NCBI GenBank assembly: GCA_000002445.1
Contig: CM000207.1
Coordinates: 1,088,001 to 1,152,000, forward strand
From: Trypanosoma brucei
Lineage: Eukaryota
Length of the DNA stretch: 64,000 nucleotides
Direction of reading: 5' to 3'
Below, in pieces: positions 1-10,565 of the stretch. The first letter of the stretch is position 1. Each line of letters opens with the position of its first letter. The translations under genes and the position numbers were made by a program. Below the pieces are notes generated by a model that saw nothing but the letters and a program-made list of their open reading frames with translations, made no database searches and was not told where the DNA came from.

Positions 1-275
1 ATGCCTTGCGCAAGGAACGGTTATTGCTTGACGAGTCCATTAAGCGAATGGAAGAGCATATTGCTGACGTGTACCTGGTACGGGAGGAAATTCGAGAGAT
101 GCTTCAGGAGAGTGCCGCCGTTCAGAAGCAAATGCTCTCTGACGCCCTTCAGTTAATTGGCGAAAAGTGCAAAGACGTGGAATCTGCAGTTGACGGTGGA
201 TCCTCGGGAATAGTTCCAGCAGAGGTGACCGCAGATAACGCCGAAAACGATGATGACGGGGAAATAATATTTTGA
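1..275 (+). CDS. 3' end of a gene that starts upstream of the window; C-terminal fragment with an acidic tail (…ENDDDGEIIF*)
   Basis: Open frame runs off the left edge. Stop at 273-275. Same strand as the downstream gene run. No recognisable domain. Confidence 0.45.
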   Translation, partial: ALRKERLLLDESIKRMEEHIADVYLVREEIREMLQESAAVQKQMLSDALQLIGEKCKDVESAVDGGSSGIVPAEVTADNAENDDDGEIIF

Positions 276-540
276 CGCAGTGTAAATTCTTGTCGGGACA
301 AGGTCACCCTCTGCATTTGTCGATAGTGCACCTCTTTCCTCACCCCCTTCCACAGAGGGCGTGTGTGTATACTTGTGGGCATAGTGCTTAAATGCGAGTG
401 TCGTCTAATTTGTACGACAGGGGGGTGAGGAGCGCATACCATAGAGTTTTCTTTTTCGTCTGTTGCGCCACGATGTATTGTTGTCGTTAGTACGTCCTTT
501 TGTACGATGTTTCCACTTTAACCGTAGCACTACATCTCGC

Positions 541-570
541 CTTTGCTTCTCTCCTCTGCTTCTTTTAAAG
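541..570 (+). promoter_or_regulatory. Polypyrimidine tract plus AG, a candidate trans-splice acceptor signal for the downstream gene
   Basis: ctttgcttctctcctctgcttcttttaaAG lies 17 nt upstream of the ATG at 587. This is the typical kinetoplastid SL trans-splicing context. Confidence 0.5.
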
Positions 571-586
571 GCGGCGGCTGCAAGCC

Positions 587-3500
587 ATGTCGCCGTCAGC
601 GCGGGAGGTGGAGGAAGTTGTACTATCTGCTGTGAGGAGAGGGGAGTGGGCTCACGCCGCCAATCTACTAGCTGGAGCGGCGCAGCTGCGGTGCGTCCCT
701 ACCATTCGGACATATGCTGAGGTGATAGCCGCAAACTCATTGAATGGTACATGGGAGGACGCTGTGCGCGTTGTTGACCTTCTACAGAGCAGTCCACTTT
801 CCAGCCGTGCTCTCCTGTGCACAGCCGCTGATGCGCTCCTCATGAAACCCAGTGTCTGTGCAACAGAGAAGCTTTTTTCAATTATCCTCGCGGCTCGTCG
901 CCGCCGCGTGCAGATGGAAGTTCGCCACCAGGTTCAATGTAGTCGTCTGCTTGTGGAGGCAGGAGACTGGCAGCGTGCACTTACGTTAGGGGCGTATGGG
1001 CGACCCGTCAGACAAATCCCTGCATTAGCGTCCCCAATGATGCTTGCTGCAGCCACTGGCCGGCGGTGGATGGAAGGATCGAGGATCATGGCTGACTTAC
1101 TTATCTCGGGAACCGTCCCAGGCGCAGATGTTGCAAAAAATTACATCCGCTGCTTCACACCCACAGGACCATGGTGGCGCGCACTTGCAGTAGTGTCGGT
1201 ATTAGTCTGTAGTAGTGACGCTGGTGTAACTGCCGCAGCGCGCGGTCTTCTCAGGGAAGTAAGGAGCGGAGTGGGCGAAGCGGAACTCGCTGCGAAAAAG
1301 GCGAGGTATCAGACAGTTTTACGCCTTGTTGAGCGTCGTGGACCGTTGAATGACGTCTCCGTGGAGGAAGCATCTTATGTATTGAACGCGTTGGGTGAAG
1401 AGCGGTGGGAAGAAGCCCTTGGTATCATTCGTGCGTTCCCGTCGTTGTTAAGTTTTACACCCCGACCACGTGCCGTCCTGTTGCCCACGGCTGTACATAA
1501 AACCCAGGCGGGTTGCTACAAGCACTGGGAGTTCGTATGGAAGGTGCTTTCTTCAGGTTTTAGTAGTAACTCTGCAGAGCACGTCTTCGGCGCGGCCACC
1601 TGCTTTGCGTCGTATGTGTCGTCTGCTTGCAGGGCGGGTGAGGAGCAGTCGGAGTGTATGCGAGAAGTGGAACTCATGGGGAACAGTATGAGTTCTTCAA
1701 TAGTGGACTACCGTGCCCTTGGGGGTGGACTTCCAGAGTACGATGTCCTTAACTCCTTCGTACGCGCTTCCTGTGCATGCGGATGGTGGAAGGATGCTCT
1801 TCTGCTTTCCGAACGCCGGGCTGTTGTGCTCCGGGAACTTCTAGAGGTCGGGCCATGGCAGGCAGCACTCGCAGTATACGAAGGGATGCCACCAAGCGCC
1901 CGGGAGCGTATGGGACCTAAGCTTGAATACCTGTTCATCTCCAGAGGGCTCTGGGTGCCCGCACTACAGTACGCACAGCAACGTCTCCCGCGGGATACGC
2001 TACCGCTCCGCAACCTTTCTATACCTCTCTGTGCAGCCCTTGGTCAGTGGGGCCGAACGCTGCATCTGTTGGATCGCTACGTTAGCTTGCCCACCGACAC
2101 GGAGAAAATATTGAGGAAGAAATGTATCACGAAGGATGCTGAGGATTCGGTGCGTGCCGCCTGTGAAGCCGGTGACTGGGTGAGGGCACTCCGGGCCTGG
2201 TCACGGGTTTATTCAGTACCTCGCAGGCAAAGACAACCCGTCTTAGATGAAAGTAGGAGACGTTTTGAAATGGTGCCTGAGGTTGTGAAACAGCTTGCGA
2301 AGCTGTTACTTGCCGCTAAGCGCTATGACGAGTGCTGCGGTGTGGTTTCTTCCCACACACCAACACCGTCCGATCCTGTTGTTCTTCGTTGTCTGCAGCT
2401 CTTTAACGGGGTCCGCTCATCACCGCTAACGTACGGCAGGCTTTTGCAGGAATATAGGGAAGCTCACAAGCATCACCGTGTGTTGGTGGAATGCTATGCC
2501 GTTCTTGCACTTTGCGTGAGTGGAAACTTTTGTGGTGCCTTCTCAGTAGTTCAGCAGCTAACGGCGCAGAATTTCGGTAGACTTGAGAAGGATGTTACTG
2601 TCTTCAGCGTCCTTGAAGAGGTACCTCACTTGAAAGCGTATCTGCCACTCATCCTCTGCGCTGTGGCCACTCCCGCCAGGGCGGTGGAGCTGGAAGCAGT
2701 CATGGTTTCTCTTACTTGGTGTATTAAATTACCCAACGACACTGACCTATTTAACCGACCGCTTTCGGCCCTGTGGGGAAGCGGGGCGGATGAGCCCCGC
2801 GCTTGCGCATTTCGTGTGGCTGTGTTTGTCCTGCAGCACTCATTGGACCATGACCTTCCTTCCTCATGGGTTGTCATGGATGTTGTGGCAAGGAGTTTGG
2901 AAGATTCATCCAGACGTTCTGTGATTCACATGTTGTGTGAATCAGCGGTGCGCCGCCTTGCCTTTGATGCTGAGCAAAATGGCACCGAAAGCGGACAACA
3001 CGGAGTGCGACAAGGAAAGGGCCAGGAAGAAGTTAATGTTGTGTTTCGAAGTTGTGCAACAGCGTTTGCTCGAAAGGGGCTATGGGAACACGCTCTCGCT
3101 TCGATACAGCACTGCGAGACTGTCGATGCGGGAACCCTACTCAGTATTATCGTTTTCACAAAAGAGTTGCGGGAGCGGCGTTTGGCAACGGCCCAGCGCA
3201 TTGTTCTGGAGTTGGAAACAAGGAGGCGCAGTGATGGTGACGAACCTGAATACCCACCCGGCACGTCCGTGTCTAAGGGCCGCGTTGAGAGTGCACTGGT
3301 GGCGCTGACGGAGCTGCGGGCATGGCGAGCAGCCCTCGTCTTATTTAACTCTGAGGAAGCACAACTCTGTCTGCTGAGCAGTGGGGTTCGTAAAACTTCA
3401 AGCACTGTGGTGGGGTTACTTGTTTCTTGTGTCGCCGTTTCTGGTCCATGGGAGTTATCGTTGCGCCTGCTCGAAGCTGTGCATTGTAATATCTTGCCAA

Positions 3501-5542
3501 GCTGCCCGCTAGTTGAGAAAGGTCTCACGGATGTTCTCGGGGCGGTGGACAGTGGTAGTGGTGCTGCCATGTGCAGCCAAGTACTTCTGTTCATGGTGGA
3601 AAGAATGGGCGTCGTACCGACATCAGGGCAGTATGGTCTGTTGTTGCGTTCATGCCTTGAAGTCCGCTTGACAGTGGCGGAGCGGGAGCTGTGCGCCCGT
3701 ACTTTGAAGCGCCTCAGTCGTTGTCTTAATGAAAGGCAGGTCGTTGACCTTGTAGGGGCAATTAGCACATCTCGGCTGCCGTCAAATCCGTGGAACGAGG
3801 AAGGTCATCCCGGCACTTTGTATTCTTTCCCAACAGGGTCCCTATCAAAAAAAAGAGTGCAGCAGCTGGCGCCCGCGTTGGGTTGGATGAGAGAGGACAG
3901 ACCTTTTCTGAATGACGGAGAGTTAAATCAGCTATGTGAAATAGCTCCACTGGTTACTATTCTCAATGCACAGGATATGGAGAGGCTTTCACAGCAGTTC
4001 TTGGGTGGGCGCTTTGCTTCCTTTGAGCTTATGCTCGTGCTTCAACACTACCGGCAGGAGTTAATGGAGATGTTTGAACAGAATGGCGACGATAGTGTGA
4101 ATGTATCGTTGCTTGAGCACTGTAGGGGATCTAGGCTGTTGCATATTATGCTCGTACCTTACGAGCAGTTGTCACACAATATGATTTGCAACGGTAATGA
4201 ATCCAGTGCAATGTCCTTCCTGCAGGAAGTTCGGTGGGGAGTGTTCCGTGGCTTTGCATCGGTACGGACCGTTGCTGCGGTATGGGAGGCGTGCCGCTCA
4301 TTAGTGTCGGACCTTGCTGCGGGTCGGTGGACCCGGTTGTGCGAGTGTGAATTGCTGACAGAAGTGAGGCGGCGCCGCGGACGACCGCCAGTGTCTCTGA
4401 TCACACGGCCAGGCGCCACCCGCAGCGAAATAGCAAAGTACTGGGCAACATACGGCCGCATTGTGTGGCCGGAGTTGTACTTTAGCGGGCCTGAATTATG
4501 CCAACTTGCCGTGTATGTTCCTCTACTGGAGCCATTACTTCGTAGAGATCAAGAGCTGCGCGAACTCGTTTTCGGTATCCACGCATCACACTTTGCTTTC
4601 CACTCTATACCAAGTGGGGAACTGTTGTTCAGGCGACCGCGGTCACCCGAAGCAATCCGTGCGGTGATTCATCTGGTATTTGGTAAGCTAAAACGTCTTC
4701 ACTCTGAACTGGACGCCGATAAACGAGGTGCACGTCGTTACTATCGTCACACACCCGATATGGTGCTGTGGCAGCGCACGGAGCGTGCCATACAAAAGCG
4801 GCAGGAGAGCGCAGACCAGTCAGCGATGGGCGGCACGGTAGAAGAGCAAACGCCGAGGTGGTCGCTCGCATTGCGCATTTTGTACCACTATCGACGTTCT
4901 ACCAAAGTTACTCTTAAAGTAACCGCACTTGCTGCCTTATTCTCAGCATGTGCCGCGGACGTGGAGGGCGGTAACGTTCAAATTTCTTGTCAGTCTCGAA
5001 AGCAAGGGAAACGACTGGGAGAAATTTCGTGGTGGATGCTATCGATTTATTGTGCGCGGTTTGTTGAACCGAACCTAACTTTAACTATGTGGCGCGATGC
5101 GATGAAGTTGGCAGTCCTGCCGTCCGTATCCAATCCACCGAAGACTCTGCTCACTAGCACATATGGGTTGGAGGACATAAATGATATATCCCTGAGGGCC
5201 ACAATGCAAGTGCTGATGTGCCAAGTAAATGATGCCAGTGGAAACGGGCGGGTGCCCTTCTCCACTTCGCTTCTTCTGGTTGATCAACTGAAGGAGTCAC
5301 TATCTGCTCCACATCACTTTCCATCGTACTGTGTTTCTTTGGATGTTTACCGTTGTTATCGTCCCTTGGAGTGTGCGAGTAAGGGTGAGAGCGATGCTCT
5401 TACCGTGTGGTCATTGTTGCAGACCCATCGCTGCTTGGAGAAAATGGAACCGCTCCATGCGAACTTAGTTCGGCGGATGCTGTTGGGTGGGAAGGGTTTT
5501 GGGGAGACAGGGACTTGTAGTCGCTGCAGGAAGGGTATTTAA
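587..5542 (+). CDS. Large (1651 aa) helical-repeat protein, PPR-like (pentatricopeptide-type repeats)
   Basis: At least 13 occurrences of [G/R]-x-W-x-x-A-L (GEWAHAANLL, GTWEDAVRVV, GDWQRALTL, GPWWRALAV, ERWEEALGI, GWWKDALLL, GPWQAALAV, GLWVPALQY, GQWGRTLHL, GDWVRALRA, GLWEHALAS, RAWRAALVL, GPWELSLRL). The first two W residues are exactly 35 aa apart, which is the PPR periodicity. Long uninterrupted ORF. Confidence 0.7.
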   Translation: MSPSAREVEEVVLSAVRRGEWAHAANLLAGAAQLRCVPTIRTYAEVIAANSLNGTWEDAVRVVDLLQSSPLSSRALLCTAADALLMKPSVCATEKLFSIILAARRRRVQMEVRHQVQCSRLLVEAGDWQRALTLGAYGRPVRQIPALASPMMLAAATGRRWMEGSRIMADLLISGTVPGADVAKNYIRCFTPTGPWWRALAVVSVLVCSSDAGVTAAARGLLREVRSGVGEAELAAKKARYQTVLRLVERRGPLNDVSVEEASYVLNALGEERWEEALGIIRAFPSLLSFTPRPRAVLLPTAVHKTQAGCYKHWEFVWKVLSSGFSSNSAEHVFGAATCFASYVSSACRAGEEQSECMREVELMGNSMSSSIVDYRALGGGLPEYDVLNSFVRASCACGWWKDALLLSERRAVVLRELLEVGPWQAALAVYEGMPPSARERMGPKLEYLFISRGLWVPALQYAQQRLPRDTLPLRNLSIPLCAALGQWGRTLHLLDRYVSLPTDTEKILRKKCITKDAEDSVRAACEAGDWVRALRAWSRVYSVPRRQRQPVLDESRRRFEMVPEVVKQLAKLLLAAKRYDECCGVVSSHTPTPSDPVVLRCLQLFNGVRSSPLTYGRLLQEYREAHKHHRVLVECYAVLALCVSGNFCGAFSVVQQLTAQNFGRLEKDVTVFSVLEEVPHLKAYLPLILCAVATPARAVELEAVMVSLTWCIKLPNDTDLFNRPLSALWGSGADEPRACAFRVAVFVLQHSLDHDLPSSWVVMDVVARSLEDSSRRSVIHMLCESAVRRLAFDAEQNGTESGQHGVRQGKGQEEVNVVFRSCATAFARKGLWEHALASIQHCETVDAGTLLSIIVFTKELRERRLATAQRIVLELETRRRSDGDEPEYPPGTSVSKGRVESALVALTELRAWRAALVLFNSEEAQLCLLSSGVRKTSSTVVGLLVSCVAVSGPWELSLRLLEAVHCNILPSCPLVEKGLTDVLGAVDSGSGAAMCSQVLLFMVERMGVVPTSGQYGLLLRSCLEVRLTVAERELCARTLKRLSRCLNERQVVDLVGAISTSRLPSNPWNEEGHPGTLYSFPTGSLSKKRVQQLAPALGWMREDRPFLNDGELNQLCEIAPLVTILNAQDMERLSQQFLGGRFASFELMLVLQHYRQELMEMFEQNGDDSVNVSLLEHCRGSRLLHIMLVPYEQLSHNMICNGNESSAMSFLQEVRWGVFRGFASVRTVAAVWEACRSLVSDLAAGRWTRLCECELLTEVRRRRGRPPVSLITRPGATRSEIAKYWATYGRIVWPELYFSGPELCQLAVYVPLLEPLLRRDQELRELVFGIHASHFAFHSIPSGELLFRRPRSPEAIRAVIHLVFGKLKRLHSELDADKRGARRYYRHTPDMVLWQRTERAIQKRQESADQSAMGGTVEEQTPRWSLALRILYHYRRSTKVTLKVTALAALFSACAADVEGGNVQISCQSRKQGKRLGEISWWMLSIYCARFVEPNLTLTMWRDAMKLAVLPSVSNPPKTLLTSTYGLEDINDISLRATMQVLMCQVNDASGNGRVPFSTSLLLVDQLKESLSAPHHFPSYCVSLDVYRCYRPLECASKGESDALTVWSLLQTHRCLEKMEPLHANLVRRMLLGGKGFGETGTCSRCRKGI

Positions 5543-5817
5543 CGCGTGCTGTGAGGCTTTATGACGCACTCTTTACAGAAGGGAATACCCTCCGTTGTTT
5601 CTTGCACTTTGCTTCGGTGTTATTTCTTTCGTAATTGCTTCATGTTTCCTTACCACCTGTGCCGTAATACTACAACGCAACTTTATCGATGTCTTTTTTT
5701 TTTTTAAAAACTCTTGGATGCAAACACGTGCACATAGACAAACATTCATTATTATCAGTGGGTTCGTGGTTGCTAAACATCGATATTGCAGTGAGGAAAG
5801 CGGCTTTTAAGCTTCCG

Positions 5818-7302
5818 ATGCACCGTACCAGTTTACGCCTAACCATTGTACTTTTCTGCACACTGCTCAACTTTCCAGGCCTTGCGGTGGCGTGGTTCTA
5901 TTCGCCTCTCTCCGCTGCTAAGCAGCAAGCAGACAACAAAGCACCGCTACCGACGGCTGGCGACCATCGTCAGCAGCAGCGACGACGAGCTTCAGTTCAC
6001 ATGGAGTTTCTTAGGGAGAAGAGAGCTGGGGGTGTTGGGAGTGGCCAGCTGACGCAGTTGTGGGCGGAGGCTGAGGCGAAGGGGAGTGTTTCCTCCTGCT
6101 GGAAAAAGGCTCTAGATGAACTGAAAAGTGGATGCAGATCGCTGCGCACGGACGATGGAGCGAGGAGCTGGTTGGCGCTAACCATGGCGACATGTGATGA
6201 TGAAACCGATGGACGGCGGCGTAGCTGGCCCCGCTGTGAAAGCAGAGACAAAATCCAGGACTGTATATACGGTTTAGATGATACACACTATTTAGTTTAT
6301 GTGCAGTACAAGCTTCATACCGACGTTCTTTGCCTCTATATCCAAGAGGAGTCATTTCAAGAGCGTACTGAGGCTGCGGTGCACGCACTGCACACCAGCT
6401 CGATGACAGCAGCAGAGACCCTTGGTGACCTGCATCACTCTAACAAGGAATTGCTGTCATCCATGGGTGACGCCACTGAGCAGCAAAGATTGAATGTTGC
6501 GGAGACGAAGCGGCTTCACCATCAACTGCAGGACATCCAGAAAGGTCAAACGACTGCCTTTGAATCGCTGAAAAGTTCGGCTCAACGCATAACAAGAACA
6601 GTGGAGGATGCATCGTTGCACCTTCAACAACTGCACGCAGCAATTGATGAAGGCGCTGCACGCTCCGTTGCGGCACTAAGGAATGTCGCTCAGGAGGCGG
6701 AGGCATTCCAGAGTCGGACGGAGCTTCATGTTACCGGCATGCTCCGCGGATTGGAGCGGCTCGAGGTTTTCGTGCAGTTGCTTTTGGATGGGACGGTAGG
6801 CATAAGTGAGATACTGCGGGGCGTAGCACTTATGACTATGGTATTGTTGCTCACAATGCCAGCGAGGACTAGTGAAGCACGGCTCCCTTGCCTTTCTCTA
6901 GCTGCGGCAGCATACGCAGTGCGTCCGTTACTTTCAACTTCGCTTCGCAGCACCGTCACCGCGAGGTCATTCCTTACGGCACTCTCTTTCGCAGAGATCT
7001 CTGTACTGGCATACTATGCGTTGATGTACCGCACACCGGAGGAGGCTCTTCGGAGGTTGTTCCGGAGGGAAGTAAAAGGTGCGCTGGACGAGATGTGGGT
7101 ACTTCAGCTGGAAGAAATACACACAACTGTTGACACAGCTTTTAGTACTGCATTTGCCCTGATTGCAGATAGTGAAGGTCGGCACGGATGTTTGAAGGGC
7201 ACTGTGACCCCACGAAATGTTGACACAGAGGAGATCGATCCGACGGATACCCGAAAGGTAGTGCGGAAAATAACAAGCCGAAGCCGATCTCGGCGTGTCT
7301 AA
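5818..7302 (+). CDS. Hypothetical membrane protein (signal-peptide-like N-terminus, coiled-coil region, 2-3 C-terminal hydrophobic helices)
   Basis: The ORF is open from 5689, but 5689-5710 is a poly-T tract, so the in-frame ATG at 5818 (MHRTSLRLTIVLFCTLLNFPGLAVA…) is the more plausible start. Hydrophobic segments are MTMVLLLTMPA and FLTALSFAEISVLAYYALMY. No known domain. Confidence 0.5.
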   Translation: MHRTSLRLTIVLFCTLLNFPGLAVAWFYSPLSAAKQQADNKAPLPTAGDHRQQQRRRASVHMEFLREKRAGGVGSGQLTQLWAEAEAKGSVSSCWKKALDELKSGCRSLRTDDGARSWLALTMATCDDETDGRRRSWPRCESRDKIQDCIYGLDDTHYLVYVQYKLHTDVLCLYIQEESFQERTEAAVHALHTSSMTAAETLGDLHHSNKELLSSMGDATEQQRLNVAETKRLHHQLQDIQKGQTTAFESLKSSAQRITRTVEDASLHLQQLHAAIDEGAARSVAALRNVAQEAEAFQSRTELHVTGMLRGLERLEVFVQLLLDGTVGISEILRGVALMTMVLLLTMPARTSEARLPCLSLAAAAYAVRPLLSTSLRSTVTARSFLTALSFAEISVLAYYALMYRTPEEALRRLFRREVKGALDEMWVLQLEEIHTTVDTAFSTAFALIADSEGRHGCLKGTVTPRNVDTEEIDPTDTRKVVRKITSRSRSRRV

Positions 7303-7710
7303 ATGGAAGCAGCGTGCCGGTGCCGCCGCTGCACCAAAGCTTACTTGACTCAATGATGAGAGTACTTCCGTTTCTTTCCTCTATTTTTTGTTACCCTTTG
7401 TTACCCTTGTTTTTATCAGCATCGTCAAATTCAATGTTTTTCTACTTTCCTTCATTCATTTTCTCGTTTCTTAGTTTGTTTATTGACTGGTCCGTTATAT
7501 TTTATGGCATTGTGGCTTGCAATGTGTTTGTTGCCCTCAGGGAAGATGGGGTTTACTGCAGACGTGAGGAGCACTCTCACAGCAAAGCTCAACTACTTGA
7601 CTTATTTCCCTCCTTTGACACATCCATTACTTCATTTCCTTGAAAGGAAGGGAAATGTGTTATTTGGTGATGTCCTCCCTCCCACTGATGCTGCGGGTGG
7701 TGTGTAAATA

Positions 7711-7784
7711 TTCTTGTGCCTCTCCTGCGTTCGTTTATTAAATCTTATCTTCTTCCCTTCCTCTGTCGTGTTTTATATCAAAAG
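7711..7784 (+). promoter_or_regulatory. Polypyrimidine tract / trans-splice acceptor region
   Basis: CT-rich run ttcttgtgcctctcctgcgttcgtttatt…cttcttcccttcctctgtcgtgttttat, followed by AG at 7783-7784. The ORF-track start at 7716 merely translates this tract. Confidence 0.45.
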
Positions 7785-7787
7785 GTG

Positions 7788-8681
7788 ATGATACTCCCTT
7801 CTGCCCCTCCTGATTCGTCGTCCGTAAGTAATGAACTGATGGGGTGGGCGTACGTTACGAATCAGTTGCTCTTGGACAACGCGCGGCGTGTGGTCACGGA
7901 GGTCGAAGAGCCCTCACGACGTGCCGACCTTGCGGCGGAGTGGGCAGCGGGTTTGGCAGAGCTTCTACACGTGCGTAGCACCTGCGTTTCCTCCATGTTG
8001 TGCCGATTAGTGACGGGGAACAGCAGAGAGGGTACCGAGTATGGAGTAGGGGAAACGATGGGCCTGTGTGCAGAGAATGACCACCGCGAGGCTGCCGAAC
8101 TAAACCGCCTTGAGGCCGCCCGGCGTGAACTTCATCAGTTGCGTGCAGAGCGAGAGGCAGAAAAGCAGTGCCTACGGAGGATGCGCCAATGTGTGAAGCA
8201 AGCATCTAATACTTTCGAAGAGCAGTTTGGCGTCCAGGTTTTCGCACCGAACGTGGAGGACGACACATCTGTGAAGGTAGCGGAATTACAAGATAGTCTT
8301 GCTGCGTACGTGGAGGCTACACAGAAGAAGCAAGTGCAGCTCCAAGAAGAAGTAGCGGCGCTTCGAGTGTTGTTGAAAAGCTGTGAACAGGAAGGGGGCC
8401 AACGGCACGCGTTGCGGGTAGGAGGAACGCCACTTTCATTCCCTTCGCGTAGTAATGGGACGCAGTATTCTGGCGTATTCGTGGGTGAGACGCCGTATGG
8501 TTTAGCACACACTGCAATGGGGGGCTCCCGGCCACAGCAACAGTTGTTACAGAGGAACGCCGACGGTGCAGCTTTCTCTCCTTTTCAGGGGGATCTCTCA
8601 ACCTCAGGGTTGGCTAATGCAGTCCGGGCTTGGAAAGAGAGACAACAGCGACTAAAGGAGGAGTTGCGCAACCTGCAGTGA
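7788..8681 (+). CDS. Hypothetical coiled-coil protein
   Basis: This is the first in-frame ATG after the polypyrimidine tract; 7839 is an alternative. Central heptad-like region (ELNRLEAARRELHQLRAEREAEKQCLRR, LQEEVAALRVLLK). Ends with LKEELRNLQ*. Confidence 0.5.
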   Translation: MILPSAPPDSSSVSNELMGWAYVTNQLLLDNARRVVTEVEEPSRRADLAAEWAAGLAELLHVRSTCVSSMLCRLVTGNSREGTEYGVGETMGLCAENDHREAAELNRLEAARRELHQLRAEREAEKQCLRRMRQCVKQASNTFEEQFGVQVFAPNVEDDTSVKVAELQDSLAAYVEATQKKQVQLQEEVAALRVLLKSCEQEGGQRHALRVGGTPLSFPSRSNGTQYSGVFVGETPYGLAHTAMGGSRPQQQLLQRNADGAAFSPFQGDLSTSGLANAVRAWKERQQRLKEELRNLQ

Positions 8682-8919
8682 GGGAATGACGGCTAGTTCA
8701 TCATTATTCCAGTTTTCCCAATCCATGACTTTCCTTTTCGAAAGTACAGGCACCCCATTCCAGAGAAAGAAACACTAATGCTTGGTGCGTGTGAGTGGAA
8801 ACTTTCCTGTTTTAACATTTGCATGTATTGCGCCGTGAAACATCCCTTTGCCCTTTGTTTTTCATTATTTTCAATCACTTAGTCAGTGGGACCTGCATCA
8901 AGTCATAGTTGGGTCACAT

Positions 8920-9834
8920 ATGAGTGAAACAAACCCAGTAGTGAGAGGTGCCGTTGGTGTACATGAACTTGCACCACTCTGTTCTCACGTTTGTTTGCCA
9001 GGGGAATCGGTGCTACTGCTGGAACCCACGGCTGTCGTGACCCTTGGTAGTGGTCTTCATCCACTCCAACAAGATGGCAGTGATGACCGTAAGGAGAGTT
9101 TTGAAGCCTCAGGTGAAGAAGGAAGCACTGTTGTGGTTTCCGAGTTTTGTGGACCTGTGTTGCGCACCGCGGGGCCAAATCACACACAGCTATACAAACT
9201 CAATGGACCGGCGGCACGTCGCTACATGTACGCAGCCAGGGACCCCGTAGTGGCAATTGTAATGAAGAAGAACGCGAGTTATTACTCGTGCTATACTGGT
9301 GCTGCATCGTTGGCTGTGCTTGACGCTCTTGGCTTTGATGGTGCCACGAAAACAAACAAACCTCGATTACAAGAGGGTGACGTTGTTTATGCCTTTGTGA
9401 AAGGGAACGCTGATGCCTCATCCCTTGATACAAAGTTTGATGATGGTCGTGTGGTGGTTTCCTCCAGTGACGAGGTGGAACTAAGTTGCATGGCTGCTGA
9501 GGTCGGTTTAGTGGCGCGGGACTGGACCTCAGCAGAGGCAGTCTTTGGCCCGCTTGTGGGTGGCACAGTTGTTCGTGTCGCGTTACCTTATGCGCGCAGT
9601 CTTATCGACGGCCCTGCTTCGCGGTTGCTTGCACTGTTGGGAGATCGCGTGCCGTACGATGTGTGTGTTGGAGTCAACGGTCTCGTCTGGGTGCGAGGAC
9701 ATCCCAGTGCTGCTGACCCCACGGCAGCCGCCCGCCGTACTGTTGCTGTGGCGGCGTGTGTAGTTGAGGCGCAGGATGCCGCGACACTGGAGGAGATGGA
9801 AGCCCACGTACGCGGTTATTTTCCCAAGGAGTAA
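8920..9834 (+). CDS. Exosome cap subunit, RRP40/RRP4-like (S1 + KH RNA-binding domains)
   Basis: Y-x-A-x-x-D-P-V-V-A-I-V … RLQEGDVVYAFV matches the S1-domain signature of Rrp4/Rrp40 (Y.P..GD.V.G.V … GDLVYARV). The C-terminal VGVNGLVWV matches the KH GxNG…W motif. Start placed at the internal ATG 8920 (MSETNPVV). Confidence 0.55.
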   Translation: MSETNPVVRGAVGVHELAPLCSHVCLPGESVLLLEPTAVVTLGSGLHPLQQDGSDDRKESFEASGEEGSTVVVSEFCGPVLRTAGPNHTQLYKLNGPAARRYMYAARDPVVAIVMKKNASYYSCYTGAASLAVLDALGFDGATKTNKPRLQEGDVVYAFVKGNADASSLDTKFDDGRVVVSSSDEVELSCMAAEVGLVARDWTSAEAVFGPLVGGTVVRVALPYARSLIDGPASRLLALLGDRVPYDVCVGVNGLVWVRGHPSAADPTAAARRTVAVAACVVEAQDAATLEEMEAHVRGYFPKE

Positions 9835-10184
9835 ATATAAGTTAAGGATGTTAGCGACGGTGCGCTTGCCGCTGTAAGTTTCTTTATTCCTTCTTTCCCT
9901 TTCTTCAAGGAGCTCGTGGAGTTTAATTGCTGTGCTTATACACTCCTCGTATTTTCTATCCCTCCATTTTTTCTACAACCTTTTGTTTGAAAAAGCACTT
10001 TCTGTGTAATTTATTATACACATAAAAGCCCAGGGTGCGGGTGAGATAACAAGGCTAAGGGGAAAAAAGAATAAAAGAAGAAGCGAAGTGGAGTAAACCC
10101 TCTGTCTACGCAGTGTGAAAGGTTTCACAACACTAGCATCATCGTCGCTTTTATTATTAATACTATCACAGGTGAAGCTCACCG

Positions 10185-10565
10185 ATGCCGGATTACACGC
10201 AGTTCATCAAGTACTTTAACGAGTACCCGAACATCCCACCAAGTGAGACCTCTGCGTATAGTCGACTAGCCGACACTACGTGGCGTCTGCTCACAGCTAC
10301 TGACAAGGAAAGTACGGGCACGAAGGCATCATCTCGTTCCGACGCCAACATCACCACGGGACCAACATGCCCGCCCATTGTTGTTGGGCGCTTACTTGTT
10401 TCCACGGAGGACCGCTGGCGTATACAGGCACACATGCGACGTGAGGAGGCGAAAGCTGGAGCCGGTAGGAAAGAATACAATAAAAAGGTGACACGGGCTG
10501 CTAAGCCAACGAAGGGTCCGGCACCCGGCGAAGGTTTCCCTCCGGGGCGCGGTCGGCCCGTGTGA
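10185..10565 (+). CDS. Small basic hypothetical protein (126 aa)
   Basis: ORF on the same strand as the gene run. Upstream pyrimidine tract at 9961-9990. A 136-aa ORF overlaps on the opposite strand, so the call is weak. Confidence 0.3.
   Translation: MPDYTQFIKYFNEYPNIPPSETSAYSRLADTTWRLLTATDKESTGTKASSRSDANITTGPTCPPIVVGRLLVSTEDRWRIQAHMRREEAKAGAGRKEYNKKVTRAAKPTKGPAPGEGFPPGRGRPV

Noticed and set aside
2926-3768. 280-aa minus-strand ORF, plus many other 60-280-aa antisense ORFs overlapping the large plus-strand genes (for example 18515-19342, 20088-20612, 22695-23132, 25318-25803)
   Set aside because: They lie entirely inside strongly supported plus-strand coding sequences of a unidirectional cluster. 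They have Arg/Ser/Cys-rich shadow-ORF composition and no motifs. They are GC-rich antisense artefacts.
7314-7643. 109-aa plus ORF (…LPLFLSASSNSMFFYFPSFIFSFLSLFIDW…), and similarly 36472-36813 and 7716-7787
   Set aside because: These are translations of polypyrimidine tracts and intergenic sequence (Phe/Leu/Ser-rich), not genes.
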